Of a stretch of DNA of 64,000 nt, positions 22,781 through 33,530 are shown one piece after another. The stretch comes from Diplonema japonicum. Its lineage: Eukaryota > Protista > Euglenozoa: Diplonemea. Location of the stretch: assembly GCA_964019335.1 (NCBI GenBank), contig OZ025708.1:310001-374000 (forward strand), given 5' to 3'. Under the pieces are notes generated by a model. The model worked only from the letters and a program-made list of their open reading frames with translations, ran no database searches and was not told where the DNA came from. Every line of letters begins with the position of its first letter. The stretch's first letter is position 1. A program made the position numbers and the translations under genes.

Positions 22781-23036
22781 CTCCAGCAAGACACCCATGT
22801 TACAAGAAACCCTTCCCGCCTTAATCTCCTGAGAGTAGGTATAGCCCTCATGATTCTCTGGTGTCCTAGGAGAAGGGATCGTGGCATAATGTGATTTTAA
22901 TGGCTTCCTTTTTTCTTTTTTTTTTTCTTTTTTTTTTTTAGGCGTCCTGCCACATACCGCAGGTACCCTTAAATGTCTCTTTTTTTTTTTTGTGATAAAA
23001 CAAGAAAAGCAATAATTGTAAAATGAATTGTTATTG

Positions 23037-23081
<45 letters not shown>

Positions 23082-23300
23082 GAGGGCGCCGACTTTGCAC
23101 AAACAACAAACCGCCAGCTCTCTTTTTTTTTTTTTTTTATATTATTGCCAACCATTTTTTTCTGTGTACCCCTTATCCCTTCTAGCACTGGCATATCATA
23201 CTATGAGAAAACCCTTCTCGCCTTCGCCTCCTGAGAGCAGGTATTCAAGCCCTCATGATTCTCAGGTCAGAGGAAAAAGGGATTGTAGCGCAGTATGATG
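22781..23300 (+). repeat. Two diverged ~115-bp direct repeats (22781-22895 and 23181-23300)
   Basis: Shared gaaacccttc.cgcctt..ctcctgagag.aggtat..agccctcatgattctc.ggt...aagggat. Confidence 0.8.
22941..22980 (+). repeat. 40-nt hairpin mini-element (family C), copy 2
   Basis: ggcgtcctgccacataccgcaggtacccttaaatgtctc between T-tracts. Confidence 0.8.
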
Positions 23301-23458
23301 TAAGTGACCCCTCCCCCCTTCCATTTTTTTTCCCCCTCGTGTTCTTCCTCCCTTTTTTTTTCTCCCCCCCCCCCCGACAAATACCAAAAAAAACCCCCAA
23401 GGTGACTCACAAAAAAATAATTATCAAGCACGTAAAAACCTACAACCTGCTTGAAAGA

Positions 23459-25477
23459 ATGGCCCGCTGGCAGTATCGAGAGCAGGGTGCGTTTCATGAT
23501 ATCGCTTCTGAAGCATCAACGCTTATAGAACGGGAGTACGCCTTCTTGAAGGGAGCAGGGAAGTTCGATTATGACGTGGAGGGCAGGCCGTACACAGTTT
23601 GCTTCAATAGATTCACGCAAATGAACGTGGAGACGGGAAGCGAGCGGGATGTGAGACGTGCGTACAACGCACCAGGTTGGGCTTGGAAGGCTGACGGACA
23701 GTGGGAACCGTACGAGGCAACGGTCGGGAAGAAGATCGAAAATGCGTTCATAAAAAAAACATCGAAACCCTTCGCCGTCCGCATCAACCCGGAGAAAACT
23801 GTTTTAGTCGATCTGCTGGCCATGACGCAAACGAACGAGGACACCGGGAAGGAACGGAACATAAAGCGGATCACCGCTGAACAACCCCTGCCTAAGGACA
23901 GGCTTGTCACGGAGGACGGCCAACTAGTCTTTCTCAAGCGAACTATTGAAAACATCACCAACGAAGCCGAAGACAGCGACGACGACGACGACCACAACAA
24001 CGCGAAAAAACACCAAAAAACCAGCAAAACTGTTTGGGAATGGCGCACCGACAGCAAGACCAACCCGTGGGTCCCTTACTCAGAGGCTGTTTCCTTGCAA
24101 ATCGAAGCCGCGCACTCCAAGGGCGTGAAAAAAATACAGGTGTCTCCATCAGAAGGCGTTGACTTAACCATCGACCTCGGCAAGATGACGCAGTTCAGAG
24201 AGGAAACAAACGGGTGCAGAAAGATCAGGAGAAGCGAGGATCTTGAAAAAAAACCCCGTGAATCGTCAGCATCACCGTCGGAGGAGGAAGAAAGCGAGGA
24301 TGACACCGCAGCCAAGAAGATCCCACCCGGTACCTCATGGGTTACCCATGACACTGTGATTGCACTTCCCAGCATGGCCAAGCCGTCATCAGTTGTGATT
24401 GCCTTCGATATGGACGACACGCTTATCACAACGAAATCGGGGAAGGTGCACCCTGCCACCGCAACCGATTGGAAATGGCTCGACCCTTCTGTGAAACCGA
24501 CGCTTTTGAAACATTACAAGGACGGCGCTAAAATCGTGATCTTTTCAAACCAAGCAGGCATCGGGAAGAAAGGCCACAACGGCCCCAAGGCGAAACAGAT
24601 CAAACAGAAAATCGAGGCCATGACAAAAGATCTTGGAATCCCCATCCAAGCCTTTGCCTCAATCTGCTCAGGGATGTTTAGAAAACCAAACCCCGGGATG
24701 TGGGAGCTCATGGCCGCACAGTACAACAACGGTGTAAAGTTAAACATGTCAAAGTGCTGCTATGTAGGTGATGCTGCAGGAAGGATGATACAAACCTTGG
24801 GGGGAAAGGCGAAGGATTTCTCCTGCGGAGATAGAAAATTCGCCCACAATGTGGGTGTGCAGTTCCACACACCGGAAGCATTCTTCTTGGGAGCCAAGGA
24901 GGCCAAGTTTCACTGGGGTGGTGGGTTCTCCCCCATAGAGACAAAATTCCCGACAACACCAACACCAGACGGGTCAACAACCTTCCACAAACCTAAGCAA
25001 GAAGTGGTTGTCATGGTAGGATACCCAGGCAGCGGGAAATCAACCTTCGCCAAAAAATATTTTGTATCACATGGTTACGTACACGTGAACCGTGACACCT
25101 TGAAGACTGCTGCAAAGTGTATTAAGCTTTTGAAGGAGTCTCTTGCAGCAGGAAGCTCGGTTGTTATTGATAATACAAACCCGAAGCCCGAGACGAGGAA
25201 GGAGATCACTGCCATTGCAAAGTCCTTCAAGGTACCGGCAAGGTGCTTCTTCCTGTCGACGAGCTACGAGCTCTCGCGCCATCTGAACAGCTACAGGGAG
25301 GTCATCACCAAAGGTGCGCATGCACACGTCCCAGGCATTGCTTACAACATGTACCGCTCTGGGTTCAAGAAGCCCGAGGTGAAGGAAGGTTTTGAATCGG
25401 TTGATGAAGTGTCATTCGTGCCGGACTTCAAATCCCCGAAAGAGAAAGCCGCGTTCAACATGTTCCTGAGCGAGTGA
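23459..25477 (+). CDS. PNKP: Bifunctional polynucleotide 3'-phosphatase/5'-kinase with three N-terminal WWE domains
   Basis: HAD motifs FDMDDTLI, FSNQAGI, RKPNPGMW, YVGDAAGR, DFSCGDRKFA; P-loop GYPGSGKST, VNRD, VIDNTN; three W.W....W..Y.....IE......MTQ....TG..R.I.R repeats. Confidence 0.92.
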   Translation: MARWQYREQGAFHDIASEASTLIEREYAFLKGAGKFDYDVEGRPYTVCFNRFTQMNVETGSERDVRRAYNAPGWAWKADGQWEPYEATVGKKIENAFIKKTSKPFAVRINPEKTVLVDLLAMTQTNEDTGKERNIKRITAEQPLPKDRLVTEDGQLVFLKRTIENITNEAEDSDDDDDHNNAKKHQKTSKTVWEWRTDSKTNPWVPYSEAVSLQIEAAHSKGVKKIQVSPSEGVDLTIDLGKMTQFREETNGCRKIRRSEDLEKKPRESSASPSEEEESEDDTAAKKIPPGTSWVTHDTVIALPSMAKPSSVVIAFDMDDTLITTKSGKVHPATATDWKWLDPSVKPTLLKHYKDGAKIVIFSNQAGIGKKGHNGPKAKQIKQKIEAMTKDLGIPIQAFASICSGMFRKPNPGMWELMAAQYNNGVKLNMSKCCYVGDAAGRMIQTLGGKAKDFSCGDRKFAHNVGVQFHTPEAFFLGAKEAKFHWGGGFSPIETKFPTTPTPDGSTTFHKPKQEVVVMVGYPGSGKSTFAKKYFVSHGYVHVNRDTLKTAAKCIKLLKESLAAGSSVVIDNTNPKPETRKEITAIAKSFKVPARCFFLSTSYELSRHLNSYREVITKGAHAHVPGIAYNMYRSGFKKPEVKEGFESVDEVSFVPDFKSPKEKAAFNMFLSE

Positions 25478-25542
25478 GAAAACGGACAGGGGGAGGGGGA
25501 AAAGTGTGAAGCGAACCATTAATAATAATAATAATAAAAAAG

Positions 25543-25590
<48 letters not shown>

Positions 25591-25592
<2 letters not shown>

Positions 25593-25632
25593 ATTCTTTT
25601 AAGGTGTGCGTTTTTGCGCTCACCGGCCGCGC
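25591..25632 (-). mobile_element. Inverted 42-nt 3' tip of LINE family B
   Basis: Reverse complement of 27052-27093 with 1 mismatch; preceded by a long A-tract (T-tail on the minus strand). Confidence 0.9.
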
Positions 25633-25662
25633 CGGAAAAAAAATTATCCCATTTCTTTTTTT

Positions 25663-27093
25663 CCGGTCGAGAGTAGCGACATGCCTCTGGGGACCGAAGT
25701 TCAAGATGCGCTCACCGTGTGCTGTAGCGAACATCTTGCTGCCGGGGCACACGACGGACCCGCTGGTGGTGACGCTTTATCGACTGTTGTGCACGGTGGT
25801 GAAGGTTGGTAGGTCGGATGCAGAGCTGTGGGACCGGATGGGAAGGTGTGCCGCCCTGTACCTGCAGAGCGACGTGGAGGCCCAGGGACCAGTGGGAACC
25901 CTAGTGAGACGATGGCTGCCGGCGATCGGGAAGAGCTGGAGTTTTGTGGAAGGGCTGCGTACCACGACCGAGCGGGAACGCAAACACGAGATCCGCCGAG
26001 TGGCACGGGCCATGACAGCAGCGGAACAAGCAGAAGGGAGGACCTCCTACAGCGGCATGCCGGAGGGGGCCGACCCGGTCACGAACGGGTGGTGGAGGGC
26101 GCTCGCGAACAACCCGATGGCGGCGTACAGGTTGAGGAGGCTGATTGCTGGGGCGGTGTTTGCGGTGTACCCTGCGGTGCGGGGAGTGGCGGAGGGGCCG
26201 GACAACCCGCTGCAGCACCTCTGTGACGTGTGTGGGGAGCGTTACGGCAGCTACACCGAGGTGCTGGAGCACGCCCTCTGGCGATGCGAACTCGGAGATG
26301 CGGTGCGGGGCAAGGCAGAGTATGCGAGACTCGACCCGGCGACCATGCCGAACGCGACGGCGCTCCACGGGATAGTGCCCAGGGGATGCCAAGACAAGCC
26401 GAGGGCCCTGTTGGTGCAAAGGTACCTGCTGGAGGTGGTCACACTGAGGGATACGGCGGTGGAAGCGAACCGCGCATTGCAGACGCAGACATACCCGTGG
26501 CGGGTGGTCGTGACGGGAAGGGCACACCCGACGCCGACGGTGGCCGAATTACGTGGGCTGGGAGCATCGGGGAAGGTGATGGACAGGCTGCTGGGGCCGG
26601 TGCTGAGGTGGCTGAGTGGCTTGCTGTGGGATGACGCCCCTGGACGGCACACGACGGTTACGACGCTGGAGCTTGCCCTCGACTTCGAGCGGGAGACGGA
26701 GCTGCCGCTAGACGACGGCGGGGAAGTGGGCAAGGTGGAGGACCTGGGCGTCAAGGCAAGGAGGCTGAGGTATGTGCTGAGACGTGTCCAGGACCTGTAC
26801 CACGCTGATGGCAGAAGGACGGCGTTCCCAGCAGCGCGAGTGGATCGCGTCAACTCCCTGCGCTGTATAGGAGGACCGACCACACACGGGTATGACAGGA
26901 GGCCAGTACTCCCGGAGCGAACCATGAGCAGCATCGAAGGCTTGCGTGACACGTACCTGTTGCAGACCCCGACAAGGCTGCCCCGCAGTTTTACCACCGC
27001 AGTAGGAACCCGCCTGAGCCCCCAGAACGGGGACAACGGGGACTAAGAACAGCGCGGCCGGTGAGCGCAAAAACGCATACCTTAAAAGAATAG
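25663..27093 (+). mobile_element. 5'-truncated non-LTR retrotransposon family B (post-RT region with CCHC zinc knuckle; open frame to 27046)
   Basis: CDVC-x-E..EHALWRC knuckle. Protein homology with family A (SP.AV...LL.GHT.DPL; P.G.LV.RWLP.IG.SW; GADP.TN; ELA.DFE). Several 5'-truncated 3' ends elsewhere; no RT core in the window. Confidence 0.75.
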
Positions 27094-27356
27094 TTTTTTT
27101 TCTTCCCATCGCTTCAGGGTGTCCCCCCCCCCCCCCCCCCCCCCATTAGATAACGTTTTGTTTTGTTTTTTTGTTTTTGCTGAAATGTCATCCGGAGTAA
27201 AGGGGGAAGGGGGGGGGGGGGGGGCGGGAGGAGAATTACACACGACTTGGGGATGAACAAGGGGTATAGAATAGAAGTTCACGCTACGGGTTCCTGAGTG
27301 GAATTGTCCTTTACCCTTCTCCACAGAACGGATGACATGCCCAAAGGACGACAGCA

Positions 27357-28516
27357 ATGCCAAGCATCAAGGTGCTGAACATTTCGCTTGTGCTCTTGTG
27401 CATCTTGGTGACCGCCTTTATCTGCACGTTCCTCGCGATCAGCAGCGGTGACACGGCTTTGGACGACACGAAGCTGTCGCGCGACACATCTGTGTCCTCG
27501 CTTCGCTGTCGGGGAGGAGAGTGTGCAGAACGGTGTCATTAATTATGTGAATCAGTTTCTGCGACCGAAGAACACTCTCCTTCGTGGCTGATGAAGGAAC
27601 TCGAGGCGAAACCGTGGGACACCGTGAAGCACTTGGACTGGCACAACCTGGCGAGGTAGTACTGGGCCTTCAGGAACCAGCAGGCGAGTGGCGCGAACGG
27701 CCTAGGCCTAATACTGAGGAATAAAATGGAGGTGACATTCACAGAGTTAAGCGGAACCGCGTCTCGTGGCCTGATGAGAACCATCAAATCAAAGGTTTTT
27801 ACAACTACGGCTCGGACCACCCTCTGGGTTGGGGTGCAGTGTCGTTCGCAGCAGATGCGGACCCCGCTACAGGCGAACCACTGCTGGTCACCAAAAAAAA
27901 ACCCACTCACCGATGTGAATACGAACATTAGCTCGTGCAGGCTGTCTTCTTTGGCCACCAATGGGTCTGTCCCTGACGAGCCGTGTAGCTCTCCTGTCAA
28001 TAACTTTCCCTTTGCTAATCTCACGCTACCATGGTGGGAAGTCCCTCCCTATGGATTTAGATATTCTTGCTATCATTCTCATTGGTCCCATCTTTCATGG
28101 TGAAGTCTTCTCTGGACATTTGATGATCGGCATCGACTTGAAACACATGCAAGTCTTCCTTCAGAAGCTGAAGATAGGGGGTCCTGTGGAGGGGCACCCT
28201 TCGAGGATGTCTACATCACCATAAGCACTCCCCGAAGGTGCTCCTCCTCCACGAGGCGATGGAAGAGAAGGAGGTTCGGGTGGAGAGGTGGATGTACCAA
28301 CTGGAGGAAGGGAACATACATGACAAGAATGTGATTTGTAACACAAGCTTCACGTTGTTCATGAAAGGGAAAGTTGAAGAGGCAATCAAGGCCCTTGATG
28401 GCTATACTGACACAAACTCCGAGGTGGTGAAGTCGTACAAGGAGAAGCTGAACGCAGCACTTACGTGTGCGGAGCTTTGCAGGCCTTATGGCGAGTTGGA
28501 GCGACGTGTAGGCTAG
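27357..28516 (+). pseudogene. Cyclase-like gene copy 4: frameshifts, stops and a ~1.3-kb internal deletion
   Basis: Starts MPSIKVLNIS; many indels; jumps at ~28222 from tacatcaccat to aagcactccccgaagg. Confidence 0.9.
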
Positions 28517-28642
28517 CATATCTACAGGCCTTATGGCGAAATGCAGCTACTTGTAGGCTAGCATATTGGCAACACAAGCTTTCTACGGTCACGGCTTCTT
28601 TTGTTTTTAAATTCTCATATTATATTCTTCTTTTTTTTTATA

Positions 28643-29952
28643 CCGGATTTGTATTTATATTGTTCAGTTTTAATAATGGTCTGGGGATTTAGTGTACTGT
28701 ATAAATTATGTACCTTTTTCGGATTTTGGACCCAACTTGGGACTTTTTACAGAACAATACAAAAAACTATTTTTATTATTTTTGGCCTGACCCCCCCCCC
28801 CCCCCCCCCCCCAGGACAGGCCCCACTAAAATCAAAGCCACGTTTGTGGTGTAGAAGATCTACTTTTTGGTTTCCATTTTCAAAACAAGGTACGCGGACG
28901 CCCTGAAGGCCCAGATAAAGAAAGAGCGGAAAAGACACAGAAGAGAAGCCCTTCTTACTGCTGTTGGTCCGGCTTCTGTTCCCGTTAGTCCTGTTGCCGC
29001 GCCTGGAGCTTCTGTTGCCGGTCCCGTTGCTTCTGTTGCCAACCCCGTGGCCTCCCCTGCTGCCCCGACACCTTCACAGATTGCAAAATCAGCAATGCTT
29101 CAAAGATTATGCGTCCTTTTGTTCTTGCCTGGGGTGTCGAGGCTTACCGCAAGCTAACAATCCGGGCAGGGTTCGCTTACCTTTTTAACGATTTCCCACC
29201 CGGGTCTGCATCCGTGACCCCGCCCACTGAGGACGTTCCTGCGCCCTCGCCTGGCCCTCCGCCCCCGCCCTTCCGAGGTCGAACTGGTTCGAGAAGCTGG
29301 GTGCAGATGCAGGAGTTGACCCGATGGAGATTGATCCATTGGAGCCACTGGGACTGTCAGTCGACACGGAACCAGCACCCGAAGACCCGGACATTGAGAT
29401 CACTGAGATGTTCAGCAGGCTGGGCACCTCGACATAGAGGCCATTTCTGATGCGCCTTCTTCTGACGAAGAAGCAGAAGAAGAAGAAATGCCTGACCAAG
29501 AAGCCTCAGCCCCAAGCCAAGCAGCGGCACCAAGCCAAGTGACCCCAAGCCAGCGAACGAACAACGTGACGAGGGTGCCCTGCCTCAACTGCAGCGCAAC
29601 CCTCAAGCAGGTTAGAAAGGAGACCAGTGTGGGAGTGCACGGAATGCTCTGGTGAGCATGACATGAGCACCCGCGGGAGGGTCTGCCCGTCCTGCGACTA
29701 TGTGGTGTGCTTTACGTGCAGGACTGGGCAATAGTGAACTAGAATTGCGGTAATACCACCCCCCCTCCCCGGCTGGGGGGTATTTTGTTTTTGTCTTGGG
29801 ATTTTTTATTTTTAGGGATATTTTCTGGGATTTTTTTTATTTTTGTAATTTTTATGTTCTGTTTTAATGGTGTTCTGTAAATATTATGTACCTTTTTCGA
29901 ATTTTTTGCCCAATTTGGGACTTTTCACATAACAATATAAGTACAAATCCGG
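28643..29952. mobile_element. Non-autonomous TIR element with TA flanks (Tc1/mariner/pogo-like)
   Basis: ta|ccggatttgtatttatattgtt ... aacaatataagtacaaatccgg|ta; internal direct repeats at ~28690-28760 and ~29870-29938; GC-rich decayed coding interior. Confidence 0.8.
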
Positions 29953-30485
29953 TAGAAAAAGGTATCGAAAAATGAAGTTATTTTTGTACCGTGGTTTTCG
30001 GGCATTAAATAGAATGCAAACTCATAAAGCTAGATTCGGTCTGGTTAATTTTTCAAAAGAGTACTATTTGTGTCTTACGTGGTCCCAAGGGAGAAAAGAA
30101 TGAAACTTCCAATGGTTGCATAGGTTTCGACAACAGCATCGGTGAGAGTAGAGGCAGCAATGTGGCTGTAGGTAGAACATCCATGGGTTGCCTGCAGTAC
30201 ACCCAAATATCAATGTAGGTTTGCCCTCACATGTTTACTGGAGCCCGGGTTCGACCTCCGAAGAAATCTGGTTTTTTGCCGCATATATCGTCGAATCAAA
30301 TAAAGCTTCGTAAAAAATCTTTTCTACTATGGTGGGTAGCAGGGAACGACCCCCAAAAGGGGAACATCATTAGGTACCCGGCTTGCACGAACAATCAGCC
30401 GGCTCTTTTTGTATTGGGACTCTTAACAATCTACCCTTTCTTTTTAAACAAAGTAACCCCCCCCCCCCCCCCCCCTCCCCCAGGT

Positions 30486-30969
30486 CAATGTTGGCAAGAA
30501 ACGGGGAAACGTTTCCGTATCCGTTTCCTTTTAATTTTTCAGCTACTTAGGCATTTAACGCAGATTTTCAAAATCGTTCCGTTCTATTTTTTTTTTATTT
30601 TATTGGGTTTCGCCAGGAGGCCCATCTTCGCCACCCACTCCACGCACGACAAGCTGATGGAACTGAAAGCCGCCTACAAACGAGACCGCATACGACTCCG
30701 CAAGACGCTCAGGGCCTCGATTGGAAAGCAATGCTCCAGAAGGGGAGTATAAATTGATAGCCCCCCCCAACCCACCCAAGGGCGGCCCTCCATGAGGGGG
30801 TTTGTCCTGCACAGAAGCAGTTGGGCGTTTAATTTCCTTTCAGAGGAAACGCGTTCCCTTCTTAGGGAAAAGGTCCCCAAAATAAGGAAACGTTTCCGTT
30901 TCCCGTACCCGTTTCCTTTATTTTCAAAAAAAGAAAAAGCTTTGGAAACGGGTTTCCTTGCCAACATAG
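30486..30969. mobile_element. hAT-like MITE with 8-bp target duplication
   Basis: TIR caatgttggcaag / cttgccaacatag; flanks ccccaggt / ccccagtt (7/8); internal ggaaacgtttcc palindromes. Confidence 0.75.
30601..30812 (+). mobile_element. Short 3' end of LINE family A nested in the MITE
   Basis: Near-identical to 16017-16242. Confidence 0.85.
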
Positions 30970-31037
30970 CCCCAGTTAGGCCATGGATGGTTGAATAACA
31001 AATATTTCCATTCTCACTTCACAAATCGAATCGGAAA

Positions 31038-33530
31038 ATGCCGAGCATCAAGGTGCTGAACATTTCGCTTGTGCTCTTGTGCATCTTGGTGACCGCCTTC
31101 ATCTGCACGTTCCTCGCGATCAGCAGCGGTGACACGGCTTTGGACGACACGAAGCTGTCGCGCGACACATCTGTGTCCTCATGCTTCGCTGTCGGGGAGG
31201 AGAGTGTGCAGAACAGGACAGTGGAATACCTCGACCTGCTCATGGGTGGTGTCACTGATTATGTGAATCAGTTTCTGCAACCGAAGAACCTTCTCGCTCG
31301 TGGTTTGGTGAAGGAACTCGAGGCAAAACCTTTTGACACAATAAAACACTGGGATTGGCACAACCTGGCGAGGTACTACTGGGCCTTCAGGAACCAGCAG
31401 GCGGCTGGCGTGAATGCTGTGAGGATCAACCTGAAAAATGAATTAGCAGTGGGATTCGTAGAGATAGGCATAACTACGTCTCGTGGCCCTGATGAGTTCC
31501 ATCATGTAAGGGGTCTCTACAACTACGGCTCAGACCACCCTCTGGGTTGGGGTGGGCCAGGGATGTCATTCGAAGCAGATTCGGAGCTCGGTACAGGTCA
31601 GCCACTACTAATCACCAACCCACTCACCGATGTGAATAGAAACCTTAAATCGTGCAGGAAGTCTGCTGTAGCCACCAATGGGTCGCTCCCTGACGAGCCG
31701 TGTATCGCAGCATTTTCCAGCACCCTCCCAGACCTCAAGGCATCAGTGTGGAAAGCTCCCTACGCTGTTCGGGAGGGCCTCCTTGCAGTCAGTCTCGAAG
31801 CTCCCCTCTTTCATGATGGTGCCATCTCTGGGTTGATAATTTTCGGCATCGACTTGAAGCACATCAAAGTCTTCCTTCAGCAGCTGAAGATAGGGGGCCC
31901 TGTGGAGGGGCACCCTTCGAGGAGCCGTGTCTACATCACCATCAGAACCAACAGAGTAGACCCCTTTGCAGCTGGGAATATCGTGGGCGCATCGCACGGC
32001 TCTGTTGTCATGGTGCTGAACAAGACAACGAACCAACTCGGTCCCATCACCCCCATCAACAGCTCGGACCCCATCATCAGGGAGGTCGCCACAGACGTGG
32101 AGGCAAACAGTTTGGACCTTGACGAGAAGGCTGTGACCGGGAGCACAACAAACATGAACATCACTACCTCCTACGCACCGGGCGGTGAGGTCTTCTACTA
32201 CAAGGTTGGAAGGGTGGTGGACGAGAACGGGGCCGACTGGTACGTGCACGTCGTGATGGACAGGGCGTACATCCTGGGGGAGATCGACAGGAAGACGACG
32301 GAGACTCGCGACACGATCAGCGCTGCGGAGAAGAAGGTGGAGGACGACCTGGACAAGGCTCGCACATTGCTCTACGTGCTCGTCATCGTCGTGGCTGTTG
32401 TCCTCATCGTTGTGTCTGTTGTCTTCGTCCTCAAGATCATCGAACCCCTCGTTGTGCTGGAGAGGGAGATGGCGATGGTGGCAGTCATGAAGCTTGAGGG
32501 GGTGGACACTGGGAGGTCTCTCAGCATCTTGCACGAGGTCCGCCTCATGCAGGTTAGCTTCTTGCAGATGATGACAAATTTTACGGAGTACAGGAACTAC
32601 ATGCCGGCCTCTGTTCTTCAGGATGAGAGCGAAGATGAGAACGGGGATTATGAAACCACTGACACCCGGAGCAGCAATAGCAAAGCGGCGCGGTCAAGAA
32701 GAAGAAGCAGTTCGGCAGGATCGTATGTCGCCAACTGGCACACCACACCCGGGGCGATGGAGGCGAAGCAGAAGCAGGTTACGCTGATGGCATGCAACAT
32801 GCTTGGGTTCCTGGACAACAAGGCGAAGGTGCTGGAAACCATTTCTGACTACCTTGCGGCTGGGCTTGTTCTTGTGAAGGGGACGAAGGGGATCCCCGAC
32901 GGGTTCAGTGGGGACAGGCTGTACGTGTCGTGGAACGGTGTGCGGCCTTGCTCCTCTCACAAGACGGCGGCCTACAAGTGTGCAAGGGGGTTCACAATGG
33001 AAAAGTCTCTTGGGAAGAAGTTCTCTATCGGGATCGTGTCTGGGGATGTGAAGTGCGGGAACATGGGATGCGACGGGATGAAGAAGTTCTCGTTCGTCGG
33101 GTCACTGGCGTCGTGGGTCCACATCGTGGAGCGGGTGGGAAGGGTGAGGGGCTCCAACATCACGATAGACAGTGTGGTGCACGAGGAGGTAACGTGCACG
33201 GCCTTCACGAGGATCCTGCAGCATGTTGTGTACGCGAAGCACTCCTCGAGGGTGCTCCTCCTCCACGAGGCGATGGAAGAGAAGGAGGTTCGGGTGGAGA
33301 GGTGGATGTACCAGCTGGAGGAAGGGAATATACATGACAAGAATGTGATTTATAACACAAGCTTCACGTTGTTCATGAAAGGGAAAGTTGAAGAGGCAAT
33401 CAAGGCCCTTGATGGCTATACTGACACAAACTCCGAGGTGGTGAAGTCGTACAAGGAGAAGCTGAACGCAGCACTTACGTGTGCGGAGCTTTGCAGGCCT
33501 TATGGCGAGTTGGAGCGACTTGTAGGCTAG
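31038..33530 (+). CDS. Receptor-type cyclase-like protein copy 3
   Basis: 830-aa ORF identical to copy 2 over long tracts, with patches of divergence. Confidence 0.85.
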   Translation: MPSIKVLNISLVLLCILVTAFICTFLAISSGDTALDDTKLSRDTSVSSCFAVGEESVQNRTVEYLDLLMGGVTDYVNQFLQPKNLLARGLVKELEAKPFDTIKHWDWHNLARYYWAFRNQQAAGVNAVRINLKNELAVGFVEIGITTSRGPDEFHHVRGLYNYGSDHPLGWGGPGMSFEADSELGTGQPLLITNPLTDVNRNLKSCRKSAVATNGSLPDEPCIAAFSSTLPDLKASVWKAPYAVREGLLAVSLEAPLFHDGAISGLIIFGIDLKHIKVFLQQLKIGGPVEGHPSRSRVYITIRTNRVDPFAAGNIVGASHGSVVMVLNKTTNQLGPITPINSSDPIIREVATDVEANSLDLDEKAVTGSTTNMNITTSYAPGGEVFYYKVGRVVDENGADWYVHVVMDRAYILGEIDRKTTETRDTISAAEKKVEDDLDKARTLLYVLVIVVAVVLIVVSVVFVLKIIEPLVVLEREMAMVAVMKLEGVDTGRSLSILHEVRLMQVSFLQMMTNFTEYRNYMPASVLQDESEDENGDYETTDTRSSNSKAARSRRRSSSAGSYVANWHTTPGAMEAKQKQVTLMACNMLGFLDNKAKVLETISDYLAAGLVLVKGTKGIPDGFSGDRLYVSWNGVRPCSSHKTAAYKCARGFTMEKSLGKKFSIGIVSGDVKCGNMGCDGMKKFSFVGSLASWVHIVERVGRVRGSNITIDSVVHEEVTCTAFTRILQHVVYAKHSSRVLLLHEAMEEKEVRVERWMYQLEEGNIHDKNVIYNTSFTLFMKGKVEEAIKALDGYTDTNSEVVKSYKEKLNAALTCAELCRPYGELERLVG

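Noticed and set aside
30240-30262. B-box-like gggttcgacctcc (tRNA or tRNA-SINE)
   Set aside because: No cloverleaf or A box could be built.
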